A program made the position numbers and the translations under genes. A model generated the notes under the pieces. It made no database searches. It was not told where the DNA came from and saw only the letters and a list, made by a program, of their open reading frames with translations. Positions 18,644 through 27,038 of a DNA stretch of 64,000 bases are shown in pieces. How positions within the stretch are numbered: the first letter of the stretch is position 1; every line of letters begins with the position of its first letter. The DNA comes from an uncultured Clostridia bacterium. GTDB taxonomy: Bacteria; Bacillota; Clostridia; Oscillospirales; Acutalibacteraceae. The stretch is from positions 10,728 through 74,727 of the forward strand of contig CANRMX010000003.1 of the NCBI GenBank assembly GCA_947631855.1. Reading direction: 5' to 3'.

Positions 18644-21541
18644 TCATCCTGCCTGAAACACCACGCCGATCTCCGCAAGCCGTTGCACCTTCTCGCTTTC
18701 CAGCGCGCCCTTGCGGTATTGCCTCTCCTGGGAGCGCACCCACTCCCCCAGCGGATAGCCGTCCACCGTCACATAGGTTTGCGGGATCGGCACCCGGCCG
18801 CCGCTCTTTCGGTAAGATTCCGCATAGCTGTACCCGCGATTCCACTTATCCGCATTTGCGTTCCACACCATCCCCAGCGCGTCCAATCGCCGAATGCGCT
18901 CGTCCGACAGCTTGCCGTTCCGGTACGCCTTGCGCTGAGAATCGATCCAATTGTTGAGCGTATACCCATCGTCGCACACATAGTTTTGGGGGACATTGAC
19001 GTCCCCGAACCGCTGCCGGTATGCCACGATGTGCTCATACCCGGTCTGCCAACGATCCTTTCGGACGCTCCAGCGCATCCCAATCGTTTCTAAGTTGTGG
19101 ATTTGCCCATCCGTCAACCGACCCTTGCGGTACGCTGACCGCTGATTGGCGATCCATACGCCCAGCTTGTAGCCGTCCTCCGCTGTATAATTTCCACCAA
19201 TATTCAAATTGCCATGCGAATCATAATATTTTTTGGCATATTCATATCCCCTCTGCCACGCTTCTTCTGTCATGTCCCACGTGATTTGCAACGCCTCCAG
19301 CCGTTTGACCTGCCCGGGCTTAAGTTTGCCCGCCGCATACTTATTCCGTTGACTGGCCACCCACGCGCCCAAGGCAAAGCCGTCCTCCGCCTTGTAATCG
19401 GCGGGCACATCCGCCGTGCCGTGCGCATCATAATACTCTTGCAGATATGCGAAAGCGGCGTTCCACCGATTGCCGTGCCGATCCCAACTCATGCCGATTG
19501 CATCCAACAGCCGGATCTGCTCCTCCGAAAGGTGGCCTCGCCGCCGGGCATCCCGCAGACCGACCAGCCATTTTCCCAAGCGCAGGCCGTTCGGCGTTGT
19601 GTAATTAATAGGGATATTCAGTTCGCCGCGCTCTTCGTAATACTTCTTCGCCTGGTCGTAATACTGCATCCAGTTGCGGACCAGCACAGAATCCCACTGC
19701 ATACCAATAGACTCTAATTTTTCCCGGCGCTCGGCGCTCAAATTTCCACTTTTATATTGATCCCGCACGCCACGGTACCACGCGCCAAGATTCGTTCCAT
19801 CCTCTGTGGTGTACGTGGCAGGAATATCCAGATTCCCATACTGCTCGTAATATTCCTTTGCCAGCTGATATTTCTGCTCCCAGCGATCCTCAAATTCCCA
19901 AATCATGTGCAGCGCAGACAGTCTTTCAAATTGCTCGTCAGTCAGCTCCCCGTCCCGCTGTTTTTGCCGTTGGCGGATCAGCCAATCGGACAACTTCTCG
20001 GGCATCCCATGGGTTGAATCTAAATCACCGTACTGGTCATAATACGCCTGCGCCAACGCGAAGCCTTCCTCCCACTGGCGCTCATGGAGCGTCTGCCAGC
20101 TCATGCCGATGCTGTTGAGCTTGTCAATGCGGGTCTGCGAAATGCCCGACCCGTTGCGGTAGTTGATCCGCTGGGTCACGATCCATCTTCCCAACTGCGC
20201 GCCGTTCTCGGTGATGTAGCCCGCGGTGGGCAGCAGGTCGCCGTTTTCCTCGTAATATTTCTTCGCCTCAGAGAACATGAACTCCCAAGAGGCGGAGAGC
20301 ATCCCCTCCAACTCGTCGAAAAGCTTGCGGCAATTCTCCACCACGTCGATGATACGGAAGCGGTCGTTGACCACCTTGTCCGACTCGCCGAGGAATTCGT
20401 AATACTGCACCACCTGCGCCATCTCGTCCTCGATGGCGCCCACGGTGTAAAGGCCCGCGAAGTTGTTCACCACGTCGAAGATGACCGGTTCTTTGCCGGT
20501 GCTGGTGGAGAGCGCTCTGCCAATCTGCTGCTTGTAGATGATGGGCGAGATCGTGGGGCGCAGCAAAATCACCCCGCTGACATTCTCCACATGGATGCCT
20601 TCATTCAGGGCGTCGATGCAGTAGAGCAAGCGTAAGTGCGTGTTATCATTATCCGCCTTGAATCGGTCGAAAGATTCGGAGGCAGCCGGATCATCCGAAT
20701 AGAAAGAATAGATATGGGGTGCGTTGTCGACTCTCGAAAACCACTCGCCCGATTTTCCCATCATCTCGTCCATGTGCTCTTTGTTCATGCAGAAAATGAT
20801 GTACTTGCCGGTGCGCTCGGTCATGTGCTTGTCGAAGACGACGTCCAGCCCATCGGCCATTTCCAGCGCACGGCGCAGCTGTTCCAAATACTTTTCAGCG
20901 GTCTCTCGCTGGGACTGATTCCGGATCGACTTCACCCTGCGGCTGTATCGCTCCAAGTCGCTGGAGTAGGAATAGACCGTCATGATGTACTTGGGCGGGT
21001 CGAGGATGCCACGCACGATGGCCTCACCGAGCGTCATTTCGGAGGCGATGTTGCCATCAAACAGTTCGTCCGCCATGTCCCGCTGGTTGTCCAGATACCG
21101 GATGTTCGTGGCGGATAATCCCAATATTTGCGCCATAGGATAGAGCGCCAGCAGCTTCTGAAAAGCCGCACCCCAATGGAGAGAGCCCACCCGGTGGAAC
21201 TCGTCCGCGATGAGGATATCCGGCTGGATCGCCGCCATCTCCTCCTCGGTCATGGTCAGCAGTCTGGCATATGTGAAAAAGACAATGTTCTCAGGCTTCT
21301 TCGCACCGCTGCGCTCCAAGTTCTCGATCTGCGTCCGGAAAATGTACTCCGAGGGAGACAACCAGCAGACGGTCTTGCCGGGATTATCCTCGCACAGCTT
21401 GAACCCGATGAAGGATTTGCCTGTCCCGGTAGGATGGACGACCGCGGCTTTGCCGGTTTCCCGCAGCATCTCAGCCGCTGCCTCGTATGCAACCCGGTTG
21501 TGTTCAAACAACTCGATCACGGTCTGTCCCTTCTTCCCCAT
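18644..21541 (-). CDS. SF2 (ResIII/DEAD-like) helicase with 8 C-terminal helicase-associated (HA) domains
   Basis: PTGTGKS, DEFH, LSAT, QQIGRAL, then eight ~65-70 aa W...Y...G...LG.W...QR...L..IGM.W units; start ATG 21541 or GTG 21520. Confidence 0.85.
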   Translation of the reverse strand: MGKKGQTVIELFEHNRVAYEAAAEMLRETGKAAVVHPTGTGKSFIGFKLCEDNPGKTVCWLSPSEYIFRTQIENLERSGAKKPENIVFFTYARLLTMTEEEMAAIQPDILIADEFHRVGSLHWGAAFQKLLALYPMAQILGLSATNIRYLDNQRDMADELFDGNIASEMTLGEAIVRGILDPPKYIMTVYSYSSDLERYSRRVKSIRNQSQRETAEKYLEQLRRALEMADGLDVVFDKHMTERTGKYIIFCMNKEHMDEMMGKSGEWFSRVDNAPHIYSFYSDDPAASESFDRFKADNDNTHLRLLYCIDALNEGIHVENVSGVILLRPTISPIIYKQQIGRALSTSTGKEPVIFDVVNNFAGLYTVGAIEDEMAQVVQYYEFLGESDKVVNDRFRIIDVVENCRKLFDELEGMLSASWEFMFSEAKKYYEENGDLLPTAGYITENGAQLGRWIVTQRINYRNGSGISQTRIDKLNSIGMSWQTLHERQWEEGFALAQAYYDQYGDLDSTHGMPEKLSDWLIRQRQKQRDGELTDEQFERLSALHMIWEFEDRWEQKYQLAKEYYEQYGNLDIPATYTTEDGTNLGAWYRGVRDQYKSGNLSAERREKLESIGMQWDSVLVRNWMQYYDQAKKYYEERGELNIPINYTTPNGLRLGKWLVGLRDARRRGHLSEEQIRLLDAIGMSWDRHGNRWNAAFAYLQEYYDAHGTADVPADYKAEDGFALGAWVASQRNKYAAGKLKPGQVKRLEALQITWDMTEEAWQRGYEYAKKYYDSHGNLNIGGNYTAEDGYKLGVWIANQRSAYRKGRLTDGQIHNLETIGMRWSVRKDRWQTGYEHIVAYRQRFGDVNVPQNYVCDDGYTLNNWIDSQRKAYRNGKLSDERIRRLDALGMVWNANADKWNRGYSYAESYRKSGGRVPIPQTYVTVDGYPLGEWVRSQERQYRKGALESEKVQRLAEIGVVFQAG

Positions 21542-21549
21542 CGCTCTTC

Positions 21550-21572
21550 TTCGCGGAACTACACATTCTGCG
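21550..21572. other. putative recombination site L1 (TTCGCGGAA-CTACACA-TTCTGCG)
   Basis: 22/23 match to site L2, direct orientation, 42 bp apart. Confidence 0.65.
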
Positions 21573-21587
21573 GTTTTTTGCGCAAAT

Positions 21588-21614
21588 GCCCTTCGCAGAA
21601 CTACACATTCTGCG
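21588..21614. other. putative recombination site L2 (GCCCTTCGCAGAA-CTACACA-TTCTGCG)
   Basis: 26/27 match to the reverse complement of 21977-22003; dyad arms around an asymmetric 7 bp core. Confidence 0.75.
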
Positions 21615-21918
21615 CAAAGAATGGCTTTATCATGGGGAAAAACGCATACAGGCCGCAGCTTTTGGCCGTTGCGGGCATTGGAAGGAATCGCCTCTGACAC
21701 CAATTTTTGACTGAGAATAAATGTCAGTGAATCTTCACGTTGGGAATCCAGACACCGCAAAAATGGCGAAATACTGGGATTTTCTGGGCCTGAATCGCAC
21801 AATTGTTTTGACTGCGATTCTGACTGCGATAAGGGTCAAAATCGCGCAAATTGCGCTGCAACCGATCCCTGAAAGCGCGAAAAACAGGATTTGGCAAGGA
21901 GAAAATTGTAAAAAAGTA

Positions 21919-21947
21919 TTGCCAAAGTGCCTATTCTGTGTTATGAT
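21919..21947 (+). promoter_or_regulatory. sigma-A promoter inside the putative invertible segment, facing away from the polysaccharide locus
   Basis: TTGCCA-17 bp-TATGAT with extended -10 TG and an A-rich UP region at 21901-21918. Confidence 0.8.
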
Positions 21948-21967
21948 ACGGGTGTTTAAAGACAAAA

Positions 21968-22006
21968 ACCGCCTTTCGCAGAATGTGTAGTTCTGCGAAA
22001 GGCGGT
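21968..22006. other. putative recombination site R (perfect 16 bp arms, TGTGTAG core); also a minus-strand intrinsic terminator
   Basis: ACCGCCTTTCGCAGAA-TGTGTAG-TTCTGCGAAAGGCGGT; on the minus strand the stem is followed by TTTTTGTCTTT. Confidence 0.75.
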
Positions 22007-22449
22007 GGGCTTTTTCGTATTATTTACTTCTTTTTTTCTGTTTGGTTCTTTCTTCCAGTGATACAGAATCCCCTCCTGGTGGAGGGGATTTTCTTTGTCA
22101 ATCGAGCTGCGTAATTTTAAAAAGCAAACTGCTTTTACCGCCGGATCGCACAGCTCCGCCACCAGCAGGATACCCGCCGTCAGGACGCCCTCGACGGCCT
22201 CGTAGAAGTAGGCGTTTTGGCCGAAAAAATCCTCGTCCCAATCTTCGCGAGACGGGACGAGGATTTCGTATGGAATTCTCTTTGAGATGCACTGTGTAAA
22301 GTGTAGTTTCGCCTCCCTAATACACAATGGTTGGCAACTCATTTGTGGCAAGGTAAGGTGACTGGCTGAAAGGAATACATTCATCAAGAAAACAGGGACA
22401 TGACACGCCGATGGGCGGCCATGTTCCTGCTTGAATGATATTTTAGCTG

Positions 22450-23478
22450 CTATTTTTCACAGAATCGTACATATTCCGTGAATTGAAGCGTAACGCCAAG
22501 GCTGCGGGCAAATTCAGCGATACCGCTGTCATCCTCATCAGTCGTCCAGGTATCCGTTATCATGCTGTCAATTTTACGAAAACCTGCCAGCACAGTGTCT
22601 GCATAGAGATCATTGAAAATAGACGGATACTCTTTCAACAGCGCCTGCTGCGCATGCTCTGGCAGGGCGGCCAGTGTCTCTTTTGTAACGAAGCCGTTCA
22701 GACTGACGAATATACCGCCGGGCTTTAATACACGATAGCATTCTCGCAGAGCGCTGCTTTGATCGCCGATGCAGTTGATAACTCCCCCGTGGTCAGCGAT
22801 CACGTCCACCGTGCAGCTTTCAAATGGTATATCGCAGAAATCCAATGCCGCGTAGTACAAAAAAGGAGAATCCATCTCTTGATCCAGAAGGCGCTTCCAC
22901 TCCTCCACCACAGTGTGGGACAAGTCGCTGATGATGATTTGCGCGGACGGGTCGGCCTGGAGGATGAACGGCATATATCCGCCGCCCGGTCCTGAGCCAA
23001 TGTCAAGAATAACACCGCCATGCTCCGCGATTTTCCGGCCAATCCTTAAATCGCTTGGCCGGCCCCGTTCGCCGATAACATTTCTGCCATACTCGCTGGC
23101 CGCCCAGCCGCCGGGTTGACCCCAGGCATCGTGCCAGTTTCGCGCGATCCAGCCTTCTGTCTGCATATCCCGCTCCCACTGCACACGCTCCGAGTCTGTT
23201 TCAGCCGGCACAAAATAGACAATTCCGTCCTTCGCCTGAAAGGAACAGTTTGCGATACGCGCCAAAAGGCCATTGCTCTCCAAAAGCTCATTCACGGAAA
23301 CGCCGTACAGTTTGGACAGTTCAAGCAACAGTTCCACGTCCGGAAGCGCTGCCGCTGTTTCCCATTTGCTGACCGCTTGGGCGCTGATGCCCAGCTTTTC
23401 TGCCAGCTCTGCTTGAGAAAGTCCCAATCTACGCCGGAGATCCGCAGTCCGCTTTCCAAAATGCTGTTTATTGATCAT
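22450..23478 (-). CDS. XRE-family HTH fused to a class I SAM-dependent methyltransferase domain
   Basis: LSQAELAEKLGISAQAVSKWE; ILDIGSGPGG, ISD, CYRVLKPGG. Confidence 0.8.
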   Translation of the reverse strand: MINKQHFGKRTADLRRRLGLSQAELAEKLGISAQAVSKWETAAALPDVELLLELSKLYGVSVNELLESNGLLARIANCSFQAKDGIVYFVPAETDSERVQWERDMQTEGWIARNWHDAWGQPGGWAASEYGRNVIGERGRPSDLRIGRKIAEHGGVILDIGSGPGGGYMPFILQADPSAQIIISDLSHTVVEEWKRLLDQEMDSPFLYYAALDFCDIPFESCTVDVIADHGGVINCIGDQSSALRECYRVLKPGGIFVSLNGFVTKETLAALPEHAQQALLKEYPSIFNDLYADTVLAGFRKIDSMITDTWTTDEDDSGIAEFARSLGVTLQFTEYVRFCEK

Positions 23479-24170
23479 GCTATTCGCCCCTTTCCTGTCA
23501 TGTGATTATCATATCATGTACGTGCAAGAAAAGAAAGCGACGCGTATTCAATCCTGTAGGAAAGAAACTCAACTACAGGTTGTTACGAATCGCTTATGGA
23601 AGAAATCCGCAAGTGTTCTATATATGTCTCCCAAAGGCGGCCACCGTCTCGCCCGCCAGTTCCACCGGCACATCCTGTTTGAAGTAGTGGGACGGGTTTC
23701 CTCATACCGATCCGGCCACCGTTCGTCCTGGGGTTGGATTTTCCAAACCGCCGCCGGGAGTTGTTTTGCATGCCCATGTGATCCCGGTCATCTCGAGCTC
23801 TATCGCAAACCGCAGCGTCCTCATTGAGGATTTCCTGTCTTAAATACAGAAAAACGGCTGACTTCTATCCTGCAAAGCCAGCCGTTTTCCAATGATATTT
23901 GTTTGGGATGTTGCCTCCCGCGTTGTGAAGGTATCCTCCTCTGCTCCATGCGCACTCCTTATGATTCTTTCTCTTTTCGCGCAAAAGAAAAAAGCCAACC
24001 GTCTGCGTCAAACGATTGGCTCGAAAAAAGCAGGCGGATTTTTCCATGCCTGCTGCTCCTGTTCGTACGGTATTTTGTTGTTTACGCGGGTTCAGACCAG
24101 GGAAAAACGAAAAATCGCCCAAAAATATCTACGGAAGTGGACATCCGAAATTCTGCCCCTTGAGACGCAA

Positions 24171-24194
24171 AAAAGCCCGAAATCTCGGGCTTTT
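24171..24194 (-). terminator. intrinsic terminator downstream of tRNA-Pro
   Basis: aaaagcccga-aatc-tcgggctttt hairpin with A/T tails. Confidence 0.65.
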
Positions 24195-24225
24195 AGCGGA
24201 CAATATCTTTTTTATTGCCTCTTGA

Positions 24226-24301
24226 TGGTCCGAGTGACTGGACTTGAACCAGCGGCCTGATGGTCCCAAACCACCCGCGCTACCAGCTGCGCTACACCCG
24301 G
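24226..24301 (-). tRNA. tRNA-Pro(UGG)
   Basis: CCGGGTG/CACTCGG acceptor stem, GGTGG-TTTGGGA-CCATC anticodon arm, GGTTCAAGTCC T-arm, encoded CCA; 76 nt. Confidence 0.95.
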
Positions 24302-24313
24302 ACATCCAAGGAT

Positions 24314-24342
24314 ATTATAATGAATTTGGGGCCGGTTGTCAA
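24314..24342 (-). promoter_or_regulatory. consensus sigma-A promoter of tRNA-Pro
   Basis: TTGACA-17 bp-TATAAT. Confidence 0.85.
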
Positions 24343-24345
24343 CGG

Positions 24346-25545
24346 CTATTCCCGATAGGTCTTGGCCAGGCCTCCTTCGCTGGTCTCCCGGTACTTACTG
24401 AAAAGATCCCGCCCCGTCTCGTACATGGTGCGCACCACCATGTCGAAGCTGATCTTCCGGGTGTCGGTGAGGAAATTGGCCAGGCTCACGGCGTTGATGG
24501 CCCGCATGGCCGCCACGGCGTTGCGCTCGATGCAGGGGATCTGCACCAGCCCGGCAATGGGGTCGCAGGTCAGGCCCAGGTGATGCTCCATAGCCACCTC
24601 GGCCGCATATTCGGTCTGCTCCAGATCCATCCCGAACAGCTCGCTGAGGCCCGCCGCGGCCATGGAACAGGCGCTGCCGATCTCGGCCTGACAGCCGCAT
24701 TCCGCGCCGGAAATGGACGCATTGGTCTTGATCAGATCACCCACCACCCCGGCGGTGGCCAGTGCCCGGACGATCTCCTCGTCGGAGAAGCCGTAGCGCT
24801 CCTGATGGTACCGCATGACCGCAGGCAGCACGCCGCAGGCCCCACAGGTGGGGGCGGTGACGATCACCCCGCCGCCGGCGTTTTCCTCGCTGACCGCAAA
24901 GGCGTACGCGCACACCAGCCGGTTTTCCCTTGTTTCGGGATTCTCCCCCGCCGGGTGCTGCCGGTGGAGCAGGGTGGCTTTCCGCTGCACATCCAGGCCG
25001 CCCCGCAGCGTGCCCTCGGTGCCCAGCCCATGCCGGATGGAGGCCAGCATGGCGCCCCACACCTCCCGGAGATAGTCCCACAGCGCCGGGCCCTCGCAGG
25101 CTTTGGCATATTCCCACAGCCGCAGCCCGTTTTCCCGGCAGTACGCCTTGATGGCGTCAAAGGTGGAAAGGGGATACACGTCCTGGGGATTTTCCGACGG
25201 CCTACCCTCGATCTCGATCTTCCCGCCGCCCACGGAATACACCCGCCACTTGCCCAGGCTTTCTCCGTCCCGGAAAGCCTCCAGATCCATGGTGTTGGGG
25301 TGCTTCAAGTCCGCCTGCTGGGTGTTGAAGATCACCCCGGCGGGCAGGGGCGCGAATGCCTCCTGAATGGCCACGTCGGTGAGGTGCCCCCGGCCGGTTT
25401 TGGCCAGAGAGCCGTACAGCACCGCCTGGAAGCTGTCGGCCTGGGGATGGGCTTTGCGAAAGCGCTCCGCCGCGAAGGACGGCCCCATGGTGTGGGAGCT
25501 GGACGGCCCGCGGCCGATGCGATAGAGTTCCTGTAGGGATTCCAT
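24346..25545 (-). CDS. sdaA: L-serine ammonia-lyase, Fe-S dependent, single chain
   Basis: GPSSSHTMGP, APTCGACG, GCQAEIG, LGLTCDP, PCIERN. Confidence 0.9.
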   Translation of the reverse strand: MESLQELYRIGRGPSSSHTMGPSFAAERFRKAHPQADSFQAVLYGSLAKTGRGHLTDVAIQEAFAPLPAGVIFNTQQADLKHPNTMDLEAFRDGESLGKWRVYSVGGGKIEIEGRPSENPQDVYPLSTFDAIKAYCRENGLRLWEYAKACEGPALWDYLREVWGAMLASIRHGLGTEGTLRGGLDVQRKATLLHRQHPAGENPETRENRLVCAYAFAVSEENAGGGVIVTAPTCGACGVLPAVMRYHQERYGFSDEEIVRALATAGVVGDLIKTNASISGAECGCQAEIGSACSMAAAGLSELFGMDLEQTEYAAEVAMEHHLGLTCDPIAGLVQIPCIERNAVAAMRAINAVSLANFLTDTRKISFDMVVRTMYETGRDLFSKYRETSEGGLAKTYRE

Positions 25546-25592
25546 AAGCTGTTCCTTTTCGGTTTCCGATTCTGTTTGTGTGATCCGCTCCG

Positions 25593-26228
25593 CTATCCGT
25601 CGGCGCGCACCGGCAGCCGGATCACGGTCTTCAGCTTCTCCGGCGCGGCCCGCCGTGGGTCGCTCAGATAGATCTCGTGGTGCATCCGGGCCGGGGTCAG
25701 CTCCGGCACATATCCCTGTGCCCGGGCAAAGTCTTCCATCTCCGCGATGGTCGCGGGCTCATCATCATAGGGGCCGAGGTGCATACACTGGACGCACTTG
25801 CCCTCTGCATAGGGGAAAAACTCCGCCTTGGAAAAATCCGCTTTCTTTTTGCGGGTGGCCTCTGCCACGGCCCAATCGAAATCCTCCCGGGTGACGAAGT
25901 CCGGCAGGCGGATCATGCTGATCCACCGGAGATCCTGCTTCCGGGTGTAATCCACCGGGCCACCCTCCCGCATCTGCCAAAGGCCCTCCAGCGGCGGCAC
26001 CACGTACTCGAAATAGCCCTCTATGGCCCGGCCGCCCAGTTTGCTCATCTTGAGGGTGAACGCCACGCCGTACAGCAGCCCCATGGCCGCCTTGTACTCC
26101 CCGTCTTCCTCGTTGGGGTCTCCTTGGCCCCGCACCGCCACAAAGTTCATGGCGGGCACGTCCACCAGCCCCGGGCGCCGGGGCGGCAGGTAGAATTCCT
26201 TGTATGCTTTCTTGTAGTCGAATGCCAC
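25593..26228 (-). CDS. GyrI-like small-molecule-binding protein
   Basis: FDYKK..KEFY, VVPPLEGLW, HHEIYLSDPRR; GTG start inferred. Confidence 0.75.
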   Translation of the reverse strand: MAFDYKKAYKEFYLPPRRPGLVDVPAMNFVAVRGQGDPNEEDGEYKAAMGLLYGVAFTLKMSKLGGRAIEGYFEYVVPPLEGLWQMREGGPVDYTRKQDLRWISMIRLPDFVTREDFDWAVAEATRKKKADFSKAEFFPYAEGKCVQCMHLGPYDDEPATIAEMEDFARAQGYVPELTPARMHHEIYLSDPRRAAPEKLKTVIRLPVRADG

Positions 26229-26310
26229 GATCCCACGCTCCTTTTCCGAGGACAGCATACCACGCAGAACATAGGTTTGTCAAGACGAAACCGAATTTAT
26301 TTTCGGGTTT

Positions 26311-26976
26311 TCATTCCTCGGCGGGTTGGATCAGGGATTCACACAGCGCCTCCAGCGCCGCCACCGTGGGCACGATATGATCCGCCCCGGCGGCTTTGAG
26401 CTCTCCCGGCTCGGCGTAGCCGTATTCCACGCCGATGGCGGCAAGCCCGTTGGCCTTTGCCCCTTCGATGTCGTGCCGCCGGTCGCCGATCATCACCACT
26501 TCGCCCCGGGGCGGGCTGCCCAGCTGGCGCAGCACTTCCCCGATCACCTGGGCCTTGTCGGTCATGGTGCCGTCCAGATTCGCCCCCACCGTCAGGGTGA
26601 AGCATGGGGCGATCCCCCGCATTTCCAAAATCTGCCGGGCGAACACCAGGGGCTTGGAGGTGGCCATGCACACCGTGGCCCGGGCGGAAAGCCGGGTGAG
26701 CAGCCCATCTATACCGGGATACAGCGGGCTCATCCGCACACCCTGGGTGCGATAGGTCTCCCGGAACTTCTCCACCGCGCTGTAGGATTCCTCCAGCGAC
26801 AGCCCGTAAAATTCCCGGAAAGACCAGTCCAGCGGCGGGCCCACGAAGCGCCGCAGGTTTGCCATGGGCTCGTTGGGGAAGCCGTAGGCGTCCAGCGCGT
26901 GCTGCACGCTGGCCATGATGCCCGGCCCGGTGTCGGTGATCGTCCCGTCCAGATCAAACAAAAAATATTGGACCAA
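26311..26976 (-). CDS. HAD-family hydrolase (phosphoglycolate phosphatase/5'-nucleotidase-like)
   Basis: FDLDGT, ATSK, MIGDRRHDI; TTG start inferred. Confidence 0.85.
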   Translation of the reverse strand: MVQYFLFDLDGTITDTGPGIMASVQHALDAYGFPNEPMANLRRFVGPPLDWSFREFYGLSLEESYSAVEKFRETYRTQGVRMSPLYPGIDGLLTRLSARATVCMATSKPLVFARQILEMRGIAPCFTLTVGANLDGTMTDKAQVIGEVLRQLGSPPRGEVVMIGDRRHDIEGAKANGLAAIGVEYGYAEPGELKAAGADHIVPTVAALEALCESLIQPAEE

Positions 26977-27038
26977 TTTTCCACACTTTCTGAAAAAGGA
27001 CGCCGCACGGGACGTCCTTTTCCTGTTTTCTTGTCCGA

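Noticed and set aside
18648-18845. Upstream extension of the sugar transferase ORF to 18845
   Set aside because: Overlaps the helicase 3' end in another frame; only 18647 and 18533 are plausible starts
21550-21614. Mini CRISPR array
   Set aside because: Only two direct copies with a 19 bp gap, a third copy is inverted, and there are no cas genes
21542-21802. N-terminal extension of the 1052 aa helicase ORF
   Set aside because: It runs through the recombination sites (repeated AECVV peptide) and is not protein-like; the real start is 21541 or 21520
21956-22387. 143 aa ORF as the missing recombinase
   Set aside because: No R-H-R-Y or serine recombinase motifs; it ends inside site R and is at best a fragment
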